Part shown: in pieces, positions 1-13,660 of the stretch | Layout: every line of letters begins with the position of its first letter | Position numbering within the stretch: the stretch's first letter is position 1 | NCBI RefSeq assembly: GCF_964194025.1 | Contig: NC_134472.1 | Span: 71,486,001-71,550,000, forward strand | Direction of reading: 5' to 3' | Source: Convolutriloba macropyga | Lineage: Eukaryota | DNA length: 64,000 nt | Made by a program: the position numbers and the translations under genes | The notes under the pieces: model-generated | What the model was told of the DNA's origin: nothing | The model's database searches: none | What the model saw: the letters and a program-made list of their open reading frames with translations, nothing else

Positions 1-392
1 AAGACTGAATTTTGAAATATTTGGCCAGAATTTTTTGACAAAAAATTTAAATAAAAAAGCCGACAATATATTTGTCTTTAGAAATAAAATAAACAATAAT
101 TTATTTAAAAAAGTTCTAGCAAAATTAGCGAAATTTTAGTCCAATTTTCCGGAAAATGAGAATAAAATCAACGGAATTCAATCTTTTTTCTCAAAAATTT
201 AAACCTCGATAACTCCCTGTGAAAAACAAAACTCAAAAAAATCTTTTTAATTCCATATTCTGCGCTGAACAAGCTTTCTAATGATACCAGTCTCAACTCT
301 CTACGATGAATATATCGATCGGCCAAAATTGTCTGAACAAAAAAAACCCATTTGAGTATATAGTTCCTCCCCACCTCAAGAGGGGTCGGAAC
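1..392. repeat. Dispersed repeat, copy of the arm of the 24490-25335 foldback element
   Basis: Shared aaacctcgataactccctgt, caagctttctaatgataccag and gagtatatagttcct...aagaggggtcgga. Confidence 0.85.
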
Positions 393-1471
393 AATAAACG
401 ACATTTAATGCAGGATCCTGATGCCTTCAACTTTTACACTCCAAACTCGGACGGCTCCGAGAAGAGATAATCCAGGACGTAGGTTTCTCTGTTCAGAGAA
501 CTTAGTTTGGAAAAGTAATCACAATATTGAACTTTCCGCAGCACAATTTATTAGGTTTTTTTAAAAAAAAAAAATTTGTCACTCAGCCCAGAAATTAATA
601 TAGGTGAATCGTACTAGGAAATTAGACTAAAACAACCGAGTAGATTGTGATTTAACGAAATTTCTTATACAATTCTCCTAAAGAATTTTTATTGACATGC
701 GAATTTTATTTTGAAAACGCTATTTTGCTATTTTGCGCACAATAAGATTTCTATGCATTTTAGGCATAACCCTGACTTTTTCCATTCGGAGTAATACTGG
801 GTTTTATTGGTTATTTTTCAGCGAGGTATCTTCGTTTCATCACTGGTAGCTTTGAAATTGTATTTTTAAGGACCCTTTCGGCGTCAACGTACCCAACATC
901 GAGCCATTAGTTTTGTTCAAATAACATTCACGATGCTTTGAAAATATTCGACAGCAATCTGTGTTTCATTCGTAAATATGGATACTACTCTCAACTTAAC
1001 ATAAAGTTTCCCATGAACTCCAAAAAATTCACTAATTTAACCCATTACGCAGAAAAAATCAGGTCTGAATTTTTTCTGCCGGAGAAAACTCAATTATTGC
1101 ATTTCTTCTGCATTTCTTCAATCTGGCAAAAAATCTCTGATGCGAAAGATCGACTCTGGAGCGTTTTTTGCGATCTTAAAACAATTTTTGAGGTTTTATC
1201 ATCTCAGAGAATATAGTATGTGCAGTTTAAAATGGTAATTTATTCATTTTCTGTTTACTTACAAACATATATTTGTATAATTTTATTCAATTTTTTCTGT
1301 CTATCAACTCATTTCGGATGGAGTGAATAGTTTTGAAACATGGAAAAAGTAAACAAAAAGTGACAAATTTGAGAACATAAATCTAATTTACCAGGCTTTG
1401 CTTCAATAGTTTCCCCGAGTTGGGCTCCCTGTAAATCCCATAGATAGTAATCTACGACGATGGATTTTATT

Positions 1472-1602
1472 TGATCAGAGAAAAGTGCTAATGAACCATC
1501 GATGGCCAATCAATGAACTTTTAATGAAATTTCTTTGATAAAAAATTCATTAAAAGTCTATTGAATGGTCATCGATGGTTCATTACCACTTTTCTCTGAT
1601 CA
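1472..1602. repeat. ~130-bp imperfect palindrome
   Basis: tgatcagagaaaagtg.taatgaaccatcgatg / catcgatggttcatta.cacttttctctgatca. Confidence 0.85.
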
Positions 1603-1868
1603 TAGCCCGAGGTGAGGTGGTGGAAGTATGAACCGGGTGATCCAGACAAAAGTTTGGCCATGATTCGAACTTCTGCGAATAGGCGCGAATTATTGCGATG
1701 TAATTCGAAAAACGCGTTCTTATCTCGACTCTGCCGGACCATGTAAAATTTCGCAACTATGATCGGAAGGTGCGACGATTCGAAATTGTGCGACTATGAT
1801 CAGGAAAAAAATCGGTCAAAATAAGGTAAAATCATATTTAACATTTTAATTTTTAATGGTTAAATTTA

Positions 1869-2965
1869 CCCAGGATGAAACCCGCGACCCAAGACAGGTA
1901 TTGGCCAGACCGACTTGGGTCGCGGACAGGGGGGTCCGGTGCGACCGTCCACAATGGTCTGGAAAAAATTTTGGTCGCGCGTTCCGTCTGGCCAATGGCA
2001 ATTTTAGTCTGTTCGGTCTGGCGAATACCCATATTTCGGTCTGTTCGGTCTGGCCAATACCCATATTTCGGTCTGTTCGGTCTGGCCAATACCCATATTT
2101 CGGTCTGTTCGGTCTGGCCAATACCCATATTTCGGTCTGTTCGGTCTGGCCAATACCCAAAATTTGGCCTGTTCGGTCTGGCCAATACCCATATTTTGGT
2201 CTGTTCGGTCTGGCCAATACCCATATTTCGGTCTGTTGGGTCTGGCCAATACCCATATTTCTGTCTGTTCGGTCTGGCCAATACCCATATTTCGTTCTGT
2301 TTGTTCTGGCCAATACCTAATTTCAAGGCCTAGAGGTCCAGCCAAATAAGAGCCAAATTGTATGAATGCGTGCTGTATTGACTGTTTTTCAAAATAGCAG
2401 CCCATAAATGGTAAACGACATCTACTTCTAGATGATTAGAGTACTTCATTAACCTTCTTTTGAAATTTGCATTTGTCTTTAATTCGGCGGTTTTTTTTCA
2501 AATGGCCATTAATCTTGACAACGGTCTGGCGGATGGTCTGGCCTACGGTCTGGACAAGGGTCTGGCGTAGGGTCTGTTCGGTCTGGCCATTGGTCTGGAC
2601 AACGGTCTGGCCGATGGTCTGGCCTATGGTCTGGACAATGGTCTGGCCTAAGGTCTGTTCAGTCTGGCCATTAATTTTGACAACGGTCTGGCGGATGGTC
2701 TGGCCTACGGTCTGGACAATGATCTGACCTAGGGTCTGTTCGGTCTGGCCATTGGTCTGGACAACGGTCTGGCCGATGGTCTGGACAATGTCTGGTCAGT
2801 CTGGCCAATGGTGTCCAAAGTCTGTTCAGTCTGGCCAATGGTGGCCAAAGTCTGCTCGGTCTGGCCAATACCTATCTTTGCGAATTGTCGGTCTGGCCAA
2901 TACCTGTTTTGGGTATGGTCGGTCTGGCCAATACCTGTCTTGGGTCGACCGGACTTCATCCTGGG
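1869..2965. mobile_element. Non-autonomous TIR DNA element (CCC...GGG ends, 2-bp TA duplication; CMC/CACTA-like) with internal minisatellites
   Basis: About 45-bp imperfect TIR cccaggatgaa...cgacccaagacaggtattggccagaccgac. A 32-bp unit cggtctgttcggtctggccaatacccatattt is repeated about 10 times at 2005-2320, and ggtctgg-based repeats fill 2520-2935. Confidence 0.85.
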
Positions 2966-3277
2966 TAAATAAAACACTTCCAGAAAAAATGCATTAACGA
3001 TGCGTTTAATGGTCTAATAAACAAGAATCAAGTTAACAAGAATCATTTTTTATACTTTATGTCAACAATTTCAGGGAAGCTGTATCAATGAATTGCGAGG
3101 TGTTACAGTTTGCCGTTGATGCAACAAATTATGCAAAGAATGAATCAAATTCACAGCTAAAACCTAAAAATGCTTCAAATAGATAACTCTAGATAACAGA
3201 TAAATTAAGATAACAATTTGTTTATCGATGGGAAAGCATGGGTTTTCACTGGCTTATAGAAAATGCATCGATGGTCA

Positions 3278-3613
3278 TCAGTAATTATTGAAACTCCATG
3301 TCAGGCAATGCGTTGCTCCGGATCCGTGCCGAGGGTAAACTTGATCCATGCAACAGATTGACCAGATCGAGTTGTAAGTTTTTGTTCCGCAACAACTTTT
3401 TTCCCATTTATTTTCTTCATTAATGACACCGTCGCAACAGATGCCAGAATTGTAGGTCTCGCCTCCGCAGCAAACCTTCCATCGACCTGGATGAATGACT
3501 GCGTCGCAACAGGTGGTGTTTCGATGATCATGTATTTTGGTTCCGCAGCAACTTTTGTCTGCCCTGTTGTGAACGGTGCCTCCACAACAGGCTTGAAACT
3601 TTGCGTCATAAGC
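3278..3613 (-). CDS. Galaxin-like protein A, exon 2 of 2 (not in ORF track)
   Basis: Acceptor ttttcag|GCT. Translates AYDAKFQACCGGTVHNRADKSCCGTKIHDHRNTTCCDAVIHPGRWKVCCGGETYNSGICCDGVINEENKWEKSCCGTKTYNSIWSICCMDQVYPRHGSGATHCLTWSFNNY*. The junction CCGTQ|AYD restores the repeat consensus exactly. Confidence 0.88.
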   Translation of the reverse strand, partial: AYDAKFQACCGGTVHNRADKSCCGTKIHDHRNTTCCDAVIHPGRWKVCCGGETYNSGICCDGVINEENKWEKSCCGTKTYNSIWSICCMDQVYPRHGSGATHCLTWSFNNY

Positions 3614-6600
3614 CTGAAAATTTTATGCACGCTGCTGTCAACAACGGAACGGAAAATCGTTTTTGTCAAGCTACTACAGAAAAGGTTCATGTTTTTCGGC
3701 TGTAGCTTGAAACAAAAAACATAGCCGGAAGAATTCCGGAAGCGACTCGAAGCACCAAAATTTCACGAAAAGCTGAAGCCATTACCTTTTGTATTAAACC
3801 ATTAACTCATTACCTCACCCCGGGTCTGATCTAAAAATCGTTGGAATTTAAACCACTGTCACCAAGAGAAAGAAAATGCAGCAAAATTTTATTATTGAAA
3901 ACGTTTGGTAACGTTAAAAAAGTCTGAAATTTTTAGGATGGTCAAAAAACTGATAGCCTGACAAAGCTGAGAGGACCATCAATTGCCCTCAGATAATTAA
4001 TGATTCTAACCTCAAAAAGATCGCGAAAGCAAACGGCAGATAAAAACTTTTCAAAAAAGACAGGAAAGTCAAAATTATTCAAAAAAGTGCTCAAAATTAA
4101 GAATCTGAGAACCACTACAATTAGATTTCTAATCACGGCAATTAAGATAAAAATAATACATAATTCTTACTTGTTGTATATATGCTAGACAACATGATTT
4201 CATGCTAATTCAAAAATTAAATTAATCAGAAAAAAAAGCAACAGAATAATATTCAAAGGCAAAAAATCGTCTAAAAACAATACCAAGCCCGGAAAAAATT
4301 GCAATGAATAGTAATAAGTAGAAATGTTGAAAAAAACTTTCTAGCAAAGTCCCAGTACTGCCTTATTTTGAATTAAATCAATTGCAAACCGAAGAAACCA
4401 AGATCTAAGAAAAAGCTGAATTCATTCATTTTTTTAACAACTGAAAAAATCATTATAACGAATAAAAAAGTAGGTGCCAGGACAAAACTAGAATGATACA
4501 AACAAGAATGTGAAGAATATGGACACAATGTTAGGAACACCGTAACAAAAAGATCAATTCTTGATTTTTGAAAGTTAAAAATCAAATTTAAAAAAATCAA
4601 GAAAAACGAGTACATTTAATTGATCAGCATTCGAGACATAGAAAAGACAACAAGTCATTCGAGACCAAATCCAACTTGCTGAACAGAATAAAACAAGAAA
4701 AAGCAGAATTCAGACATACGAAACAATGAAACATTTTGCAAAAAAAGTGGTCAAAAAATATTTAAGACTGCATTTATGAAAAAAATTTATCTGTTTTTTT
4801 CAAAAACTTAACATCACAAAAATGATTGAAATTTCATTGAAACAAAATTAAAGTCCCTCATGTTCCCCAAAATACTATTTCTAGTAATTAAAAGCAAAAT
4901 ACAAACAAAAAACTGAAAAAAACTGCCAAAAAACTACGAAAATCGGATTAGCAAATGTACAATTTTATGAAACAAAATTACATCGAGGTAGAAAGAGGCA
5001 TTGAGTATATGAATTATCAAAGGGAAGTTGCCATATTAACTGATTTTTGACAAAAAACAGCTAAAAGATCCAAAAATGAAGAAATTAATAGAAAAAAAGC
5101 CAAAAATTAACTAAAAAATCAAGAAATATGTGCCAATTTCGCATTTGAAACGCAATTTCAGGCTATGCAAAATACTGTGCTATCAATTTTCGGGGTTTAA
5201 ATTTCAACATAGCATCAATTAAAAATTATTTCTACAAAAAACCAAATTACAAGCAAAAAAACTAGGCCACTTAGACGAAAAAACAGCTAAAAACCGTTAT
5301 CTATATGTGCCATTCAGTCAAAAACTACTTTTCAATGTCAAAAAGTCATTCACTAAACGCAGCGCATGATCAAAAAACTTCTCTCGCTCAGAAAAAATTA
5401 GTTCACACTGCAATTTTACTCGCTTTCGCTTTTAGGTCAAAACATCGTCTGAACGAATAGTACTTCCGGTAAAAAAAACCTTAAGAAAACCAATACTCCT
5501 CTTCGAGTCGTAGAAAAAAAAACAAGTAAAAACAATTGAGTATTCAGAAGAAGCAAAAATGCTTAGAAGATTCTCGTTACGAAAGAAAAAATAGTAGCGC
5601 TTGAATAAGTGAAAACTATTATCAAGAAAGTTTTCTCTAAAACCTGCTTCAATTTAAAACTAAACCATTTAGGTTGCATTTTTTTCGCAATGCATGTTAG
5701 TAATTATCATAATCAATTCGATCATATGGCTCAAACTGTTAACGGGACAAAATTTTTCCCAATTTTTCTCCTGCAACATCCTTAAAACTGTAACTTGGTA
5801 AAGCGATGGAACTAAATAGCTTGTAAAAGTCAAAATGAGGTTAAGCAGTTGTATTAGAAGCAGTTGTATCCTTTATGAGATTTGTTTTCCACTGTGACAA
5901 TCAATACTGAATCAGCGCGTAAATTTTGGTAGCTTAAATACCTGTGATGTTAAACCAAAAACTCTTTGAAGCACATATTATTGAAGAACATCTTGATCTA
6001 AATTTTTATTCATTTTTTAGCCGAAAAAAACATATTTCTATTGAACTCGGTTGTTTTTTTCTGGGTCAAGCTAACCTTAAACATCTGCTGACTGACCCAA
6101 AAATTACAGACAAATGGGAAATCCAAATACAGATTCGATTATGAAGGGTTTGCGCAAACTTCAGAGCCGATTTTAAAGAAATTTTTTTTCGAACTTTTTT
6201 CACCGGTTATTATCGAATGGGAAACCAGATCTAGTTTATTTGCGAAATCAATCATCATAGACATTAGGAAAAGTTTAAAAAACAAGTTGGGTAGGGAACA
6301 CTCCTTGAATCGATGCTAAACAACTGCCTTTCATTTTTGTTTTCAAAAGTTTACAAATTTGCAAACGAAAAAACAAAACTTTTCGAATACTGTTTTTCAT
6401 CCAGCAAAGCTATACCAATTGCTCTAGCTGACTCAGACTTTTTGTGTTCTCTGCGAAAAGATTTATGGAAACTGTTCCTCTTTATCCTAAACGCCAATCA
6501 ATGCACCAACATGAACCTGACAAATCAATTATTTTACTGTTCTAACACTTGCAAAGAAAACATTTATCTTTACGAAAATCTTAAAATTTGCGAAGTCAAT

Positions 6601-6899
6601 TTTTTTCCTAAAAGTTTTGACAATTATGCGGTTGGGAAGATGAGTTAAGTAAACAAAATCTAGCAAACTCATAATTGACACTCGGCACACGAACTCTTTA
6701 CTCAAAATGAGTCTGAAAATATGTGTGAAAAAAATTCAAGCTTTAATTTAACAGAGTTCAAAAGTTGATCATGGAAGCCAAAAGTTTTTTTAAAAGCAAC
6801 TGTTAAATTATAGTCATTTGTAAGATCAATGTAAAATTATAGCACAGAAGTTAGCTTTGCATTTCGGATCGACGCAAAAGTTTAATTGTTGAAATTAGG

Positions 6900-7145
6900 T
6901 AGCTGAACACTAAGTTTAACTCTAAACCATATAAGATCAAAACTCAAAACTAAGCACTGAATTTATGATCTACGCTTAAAAATTCTAAAATTATTCAATG
7001 TAGACGCTTAAAAACTGAAAGTTAAGTTTGATCAACGCTAGTATAAAAGCAAAATTATATAATATCTACGCTTAGAAACGCAAAATTATGTAAGATGAAC
7101 GCTAAATTAAACACAAAATTATGTAAGATCTACGATTAGAAACCG
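6900..7145. repeat. Degenerate ~31-bp tandem repeat in intron of gene A
   Basis: Recurring aaaattatgtaagatctacgcttagaaac-like units. Confidence 0.7.
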
Positions 7146-7483
7146 CAATACGTTCTTTTCAACTCCTCAAGCCTAGATGTCATATAAACTCAACGACCAA
7201 TCTTACATAAATTTGCCTCGTCCGGGCGGTAAAAGCAATAGCTTGTCTATGAAAGAAATTTTTTTTCTGTGTGTTTTTATTTGTATGTTCATAAAAAGGC
7301 CTGCGTCATAAATGAACTCAAACGCAGACCTTGACTTTAAAATACTTCAAGGCATGTGTTACGTAAGGTTCAGAGCTCCAAAGCTTTATTATGTAAGATT
7401 TTTAGCTGGGTTTATCGATATGGCTCCCAGACCGGGTTTGTCGAACCGGGGTCCCAGATTCAAGATTTCCGCTAAAAGATTAC

Positions 7484-7798
7484 CTGAGTACCGCAGCAAT
7501 ACTCGCCCAACCCATAGTTTACAACTCCTCCACAACAAGTTCTCAACCTGGGATTGAATGCCTGGGTTCCGCAACACGATTGCCATGGTCGAGTGCTAAC
7601 CACGCCCTGGCAGCACGTTTGGGACCTAGGATGATATGTTTCGGTTCCACAGCAAAATTGTCCAGGCTTGTTATGAAGAATTCCGTTACAACAAGTCTTG
7701 TGCCTGCGGTCATAGTGACCACACATACCATCACATTTGATATTGGATATGAGTTGAAGCAATAATAGAAGTGCTACAATTTTCGAAAAAACTCTCAT
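7484..7798 (-). CDS. Galaxin-like secreted CC-repeat protein A, exon 1 of 2 (105 codons; spliced product 216 aa)
   Basis: Hydrophobic signal peptide MRVFSKIVALLLLLQLISNIKC followed by CC dipeptides about every 13 aa (CCGTETYHPRSQTCCQG). Ends at a CAG|GTAATC donor, phase 0. Confidence 0.9.
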
Positions 7799-10700
7799 TT
7801 TTGATATTTGGTTATGTCTCGGATCTTCAAACTCTCAACTGCTTCAGTTGCAATTTATGCAATTTCTGCGGTTCTTTCTTTGGTATATTTGATTGTGTCA
7901 CGTGACTACATGTCTTAATTTTTCCTATCTTTACTTCTAACTGTCAAATAACATTACCGTGGTCTGAGCACAACGAAAGTAAACATATCGCGTCGCAGAA
8001 TCGCCGCTACTTATCTTAGTCAGGTCTGAAATATCAGCCAACGATGTAAGACGTTAGGGTTCTGCTTATTAAGAGTCAATAGATTGTTACATAACTAAAC
8101 TTAAGGACATAAGCTTGACAAAAGAGCTCGAAAAAAAATGAACAAGGCTAATGGGTAATGTGCATTCACAGATAAGGTTCCAAATATCTTATGCCGAAAA
8201 AATTATCAGAAATTGTATAAAAATAACAAGGCTTAAAAACACGCAAATCTACAAATATTTATCTGATGATAATCATCTGCCTACTGCTAGTGCGTATTGG
8301 CCCAAAAAATATCAAGCACTTCAAATTCCATGATTTTTGTCTTTTCCGATTTCGACTTTTCCCACTGTTGTTGTTCACGCATCTTGCAAATATTTTAACT
8401 GAATTGTTCTTCTCAAAAAGTCATCTTTTAAAACAAATTAAGGTTGAAGTTAAACAAGGAAATTAGAAGCAGAGAAGTAAAAGTGTCATAACTAATAGCG
8501 TCGGAGGAATCGCTCTCAAACGACCGGCCTGTTACGAGAGTTTAAACTGCGAGAGTTTAGACTTACTGGTTACTAGAGCGAAAAAAGGGGCTTCGACTCT
8601 GTTTACTTTAATGATAACTGAAATTTGGTCTTCTTCACAGATCAAAAGTATGAAGAACAAAACTCAACTCATCGCTATTTTAACCCATTGATTGAAATTT
8701 AAACAAATTATAATTTGAAAAATTATTAGACGCAGGAAATGACTTACAGAGGAAATTAGCTGTCGAAAGCAGAAAACCAGGAAAGACTGGCAAAGCCGAA
8801 AACATCTGATCAAACAAACTCATCAATACTTTCTCAAACACAAACTCAAAAAAATCCATTCTTTTTTTCACTATTGGTGTATAAGGATCGTTTGAGTTGC
8901 TTTGAACTCGCATAATTCATATATTTTACACAAGTCGGAAATTGGATGCTGAATCATTGACAATATTTCTTATCCCTACTGATAGAAAAAACTTAATTCA
9001 ACCACTTAATAACGTTAAAGCAATTTGATAATTCAGAGAAAAAATTCAAAGCACTCAGCATTGCAATATAGAAAGATCTAACCACATAATCGAATTGATC
9101 TGTTCATTTATCTAATGTTGAACGCAAAAAAAAAACAATTACTTTTTTTACAAAAATTTCTTAGTTTCTGCCACTGACATTAATGACAATAGAAATTGAT
9201 AAAGAGCCTAACGATGAATCCAAAATAACTTATACTTTTCCAAAAATAAGCAAAACTAGCAATCACTAAAGTACTATCAATAAAATTTTATTAGATGTGC
9301 TGCAAAAAAGCGTGCGTGGGAGGAGAATAGAAACCGATCTAGGGCAAAAAACTATCAGCTTTTTCATCTCCTTCCTGTTGTCCTAGCAAAAATTCATGAC
9401 AATGCAGTAGTCATAGCAATAATTTAAGATATAGTTACAGTTATTGTCATCGTCATGTCAAAAACGGAGTACCCGAGGACTGAAATATCAAAATAAACAT
9501 CAATGTACAAAAACTGTAGCGGTTAACATCTTTCTTCCATTGACTGAGCAAAAACTGTCGCAAAGATAAACGGAATTGAGCGGTGATTAAGCTGTTTCTG
9601 TGTTTCGAATTTTGAAAGTTCTCGAGCAGTAAACCGAAAATTTGCGTTTTGAGCAGTAATTTACTTTCCACTGTTTCCTGTGCCTCTAATTAGCCTGCGC
9701 TGCTATTCAACTGCAACTATCGACGCTTCAGTAAGTTCAACTCGTGCGAACAAAAATCAATTCCAAACTAAAGTTTAGATAAAGACATTTTTTTAATAAA
9801 CAGTTCCTGTGCAATTTGCTGTGAAATTTTTTCTCTATCCGATTGAAATGGTATACATAAAGAGCCAGTTTTGTTTGAGCAGTAGAAAAACCAGTTCATC
9901 TTAAATTTGGAAAAACTATGCTTTAAATATATAGAGAAAGAAACTGCAATGCAACAGTACAGTAAAAATATGATGGATACATATGTTCAATTGTTTTTCG
10001 CAAAACGATACGAAGCGTTGTGAAACTTTCTTTGTCGTAAGTGGGAGACAAACTTTACCGGACTTTAGGATTGCAGAACTGGACAGTAAAGCACAATCTT
10101 GTGTAGATTGCGTTTCAGAAAACGCAGGAAGCTACGAAGAGCATTAACAATAACTCAAAATCTACGGTCAACGAAGCTACAATCACGTTAAAACCTCAAC
10201 TGGAACAAAAATATTTTACAAAGTTAAATTTTCAGTACCCAGGCGGACCAGAAACAAATTAGGTTGCTTTTAAACTACAGAATAAATAAAATTAATATCT
10301 CAAGTTGTCACAATAACCTAGAAAAGCATTTTAAGACTTGATAAGAGCAGATAAAAATTTTAAAGGAATTTCAAACAGTCTAACGTTTAATTCGGAACGG
10401 TGATTGGCTCAACAAACTCAAAACAAACTCAAGATCAACCATCAGTTCAGTTCGTTTTTAACAGTTTAGAAAACTCAATAAAAAAGGTATGGGGTTTGTA
10501 CAAGCTCAACTAAGAACAAAAAAATTCTTCTAGACCGACTGCCTATCAAATATCCACTGACAAAAAACTATGTCGTATCATCAAAGTCAAACAATACTTC
10601 ATACCCAATAAAAAACACATACGCAAACATTTCACAACAGAGAGAAAGGAATTTATTTTGCTCAAGTGGAAATATTATTGAAAACAAAGACGGAGGGTAA

Positions 10701-11039
10701 AAGAAATTAAACTTTGGCGTTAAAAAAACTGAAAAAAAGTTGCAATGGAGAACAATTCTTATTTCAAGACACATTTGAAAAGAGCAATTCGAAACGAAAA
10801 GGAAAAGCTAAGCTGAGATTGAAAAATTTATGAAGTCAACGGTGCTTTTTATCGGGAGTACACTGCAGCATCCCCAAAAAAGAGTCGTACTTGGACGATG
10901 ATAATGGTCGAGTATATGCTGGCTGTCTCCACTCGAATGGAAGGAAGCAATAAATAAAGATGTAACCTCTTGGCTTACTCGACCCTACGAATCGCAAAAG
11001 ACATAAAACTTTCACTTCGACCGTTCTGATAAAAACTAG

Positions 11040-13660
11040 TCAGAAAACGTATAACCAAATTTAACGCTTTATCCTGAGTGGTCATGCCAGCCAGGATTGT
11101 CCAAAATGAGGACTATTATTTTAACCAAATGTCAGCAGAAATTTATGAGCGCCAATTTCGTAGGCAACAACCAGACGAACGAGCTAAAAACGAGTTTTAA
11201 TTGCAAGCACCTTGATAGGCCAGAAGGGCTAATACTGCAAGTTGTTATAGTGCATCCACAGAAAAAATTGCTACTCAGAAAAAATGTGCGGATTGAAAAA
11301 GCCTTTGAGTGGTAAAGCAAAATCAGCTACATTTGGTGTGGTATACTCGAACTCTTGCTACCACCACTTTTCTCTCACTCTTAGAAGGGAAATTTCACTG
11401 CCCGAGTTCATTTTTGAGCTCATCTTGAGACCCTGCGAAAAGAACAACCAGTAAAAGCTAAAAAATCTCCTCATACAATTAATTAATTGATAACAATAAA
11501 AAATTTTGTTTTTGTTTTATTTCAAAACAAATATGATGGCACTTTGCGAAAAGTGCAATATCGGATAGAGAAAAAGTGGTTTTATGTCAATGCCGAAAGG
11601 AAGAGAGATCTGATCTGAAAAATTTAGAAACATTTTTGGAAGAAAAGCTATTTTTGTTCATGGAAGATTTTCAGCGTCCACGTGTCTTTGCCCAGCGAGA
11701 AATAGAAGACAAAAATTCCTTAAGATATCAAGTTTTAAGGCGCGCTCAACTGTCTAAGAAGCAAATCAAACGGAAAACAATCACTTGATGCTTGCTAATA
11801 GCACTCGTAAAATATAAAACAGTGCTTTTTCAAGAACCAGAATATCACAGATTTGCAAGCGGCAGTCAGAAAGCAACGACTGCGCTTTGGTTGTCAGGGG
11901 AAAAACAAACAAATTAGTTTTGCAAAATGAAAGCTTGCGATTTAATTTTATGCACCATAAAGCATAATCAGTATCTTCGCTGAGAAAACCAAAATAACAA
12001 GGGAAATGGCGATGTCAAGGTAAACCAGGCAGTAATAAAACATAGCAGCAAATAGGTTAAAAACATGGGTTCTAACGAGGCTTCTTCGATTTTCTGTCTC
12101 ATTTTAGAGTGGTTAGTGCAGACTGGATACTTATGCAGTCATAAATAGCGTATGGATAATACAATTCATTGATTAAAGCGTTCTAGAGAAATTTCAAGCC
12201 CAAGGCCACTATGTTGCGCTTAATATCGATTGCCACCTTGCTTCAAAGAAGAAATATCCCCGACCGACAGCTACTAGCTGGACCTAATTTTTCTCATGGG
12301 TTGATTGAATTCATTTCCAGATTTCGTGAGGGACCAATAAACATAAAGCCAATATCGAACCAATGTTTCTGCAAGCGCAGAATATTAAGCAGGAAAGGAG
12401 CTGTTGGAAACTTTTTGAAGAATGAAGCCCAATCAGCCAGTGCAAAAATCCGCCTCAGTTTTTTTAATCAAATATTTCATACCGCAGCAAAGCAATCCTC
12501 AACGACTTTGATGTGGAGTTTTTAATCAATTTAGTAGACTCACCAGAACAAATTGTTGAAGTGTTCTATGGGTTGTAACGTGTTCTCGCAAAAGATGTAT
12601 TTGAGTTTAACAGGTGAACGAGCAACAACGTGAGGCCAAGAACGGACAACTCAAATCCGGCCGAGAAAACAAGCAAGTTGATGATAAGCCCAATTCAGAG
12701 GATCATCTCTGCTTAGCTGTGGCACTAGCGACAGTCTTCAGGTTCGCAGGGGTATCAATCAACAAGGTTCTCATATCTTGAGACTTCTTTAACCCAAAGG
12801 AAAGTGTTTTCTCTCATAACCTCGTTATTTGACCAATTTGTGTTATTCGCTTCAGACAGTGTTCACATGAAATGACTTCTGAATTGCTTGTCGAAAAGGG
12901 AGATTTCTTGAAATGAAGGAAAAAAACTTACAACTCTATTGTAAATCGCCATTGGTAGATGAGACTTGAAAGCAAAGCAACTCAAACCTGAATTTCATCT
13001 CTTTGCTAACGCATATGAACAGACTGTGTATATGCGCAGCAGCCTATCTACAATCACAACATCCGCATCTGTTTTTGGAAACTTCAGGTATGCCCACCTG
13101 TCAGTCAGTCCCTCGCATAGAACGTAGATTTACAGATTGCAGATTTACAAGACAGCTGTAAACGCGGTGAGGTTGGCAAAAAACAGATTTCCTTAAAACA
13201 CAAGTTGAAAAAAACAATTGAAGTTTCTGGTTGGTCTCAAAAACAGAACTGCAGTGGATGAATAGCTCTCAGCAAAAACAACAAGTGTTTTTGCCCATCA
13301 AGTCGATGACAAATAATGATAATAATTGTGGTTGCTTCGTAATCGCAGCGGAACATCATTAGGCCATAGCGGACTGTTCTCAATTGTCCTTTTTCTTATT
13401 ATTCAGCACATTTCAGACTGATCTATTTATGAGCAGAATTGCTTTTTTGGTGACTATAGCCACTTTTATGCGTCTGAAACTTCCACGTGGAGAAACGAGA
13501 CACTACAGAAGTTTCACAAGGCAAAAGTATCACGAGATATCACAACCCGGCAGAAATTGTCGCAGGAACAATTAATTTTGAAGAATTCGAGAGAAGAGAT
13601 TGGCTCGCTCGGCCGGAACGGTTGAAGAGACCAAAAAGTGATCGGTTTGTGCAACTCAAT
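11040..13660 (+). mobile_element. Decayed BEL/Pao LTR retrotransposon internal region (gag knuckle, RT, RNase H); may extend upstream
   Basis: Ordered remnants: GHASQDCP knuckle (~11082), LILQVVIV (~11229), LLAGPNFSHGLIEFISRFREGPI and ANIEPMFLQ (Pao RT motif LL.GPDLL...RFR...ADIE.MFLQ, ~12270-12375), EFHLFANA (RNase H, ~12990), LQWMNS..KQQVF, HNPAEI and WLARPERL. Many stops and frameshifts; no LTRs identified. Confidence 0.85.

Noticed and set aside
1846-2997. Overlapping ORFs on both strands, and a CRISPR-like look
   Set aside because: Products of a 32-bp minisatellite inside a TIR element. There are no unique spacers and no cas genes, and the context is eukaryotic.
3301-3724. ORF-track ORFs of 129 aa and 77 aa
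   Set aside because: Wrong-frame and antisense shadows of the true exon 3278-3613.
4150-5700. A-rich stretch with a QECEEYGH zinc-knuckle-like remnant (~4503), possibly a decayed retroelement ORF1
   Set aside because: Only one weak motif; I could not support a family or boundaries.
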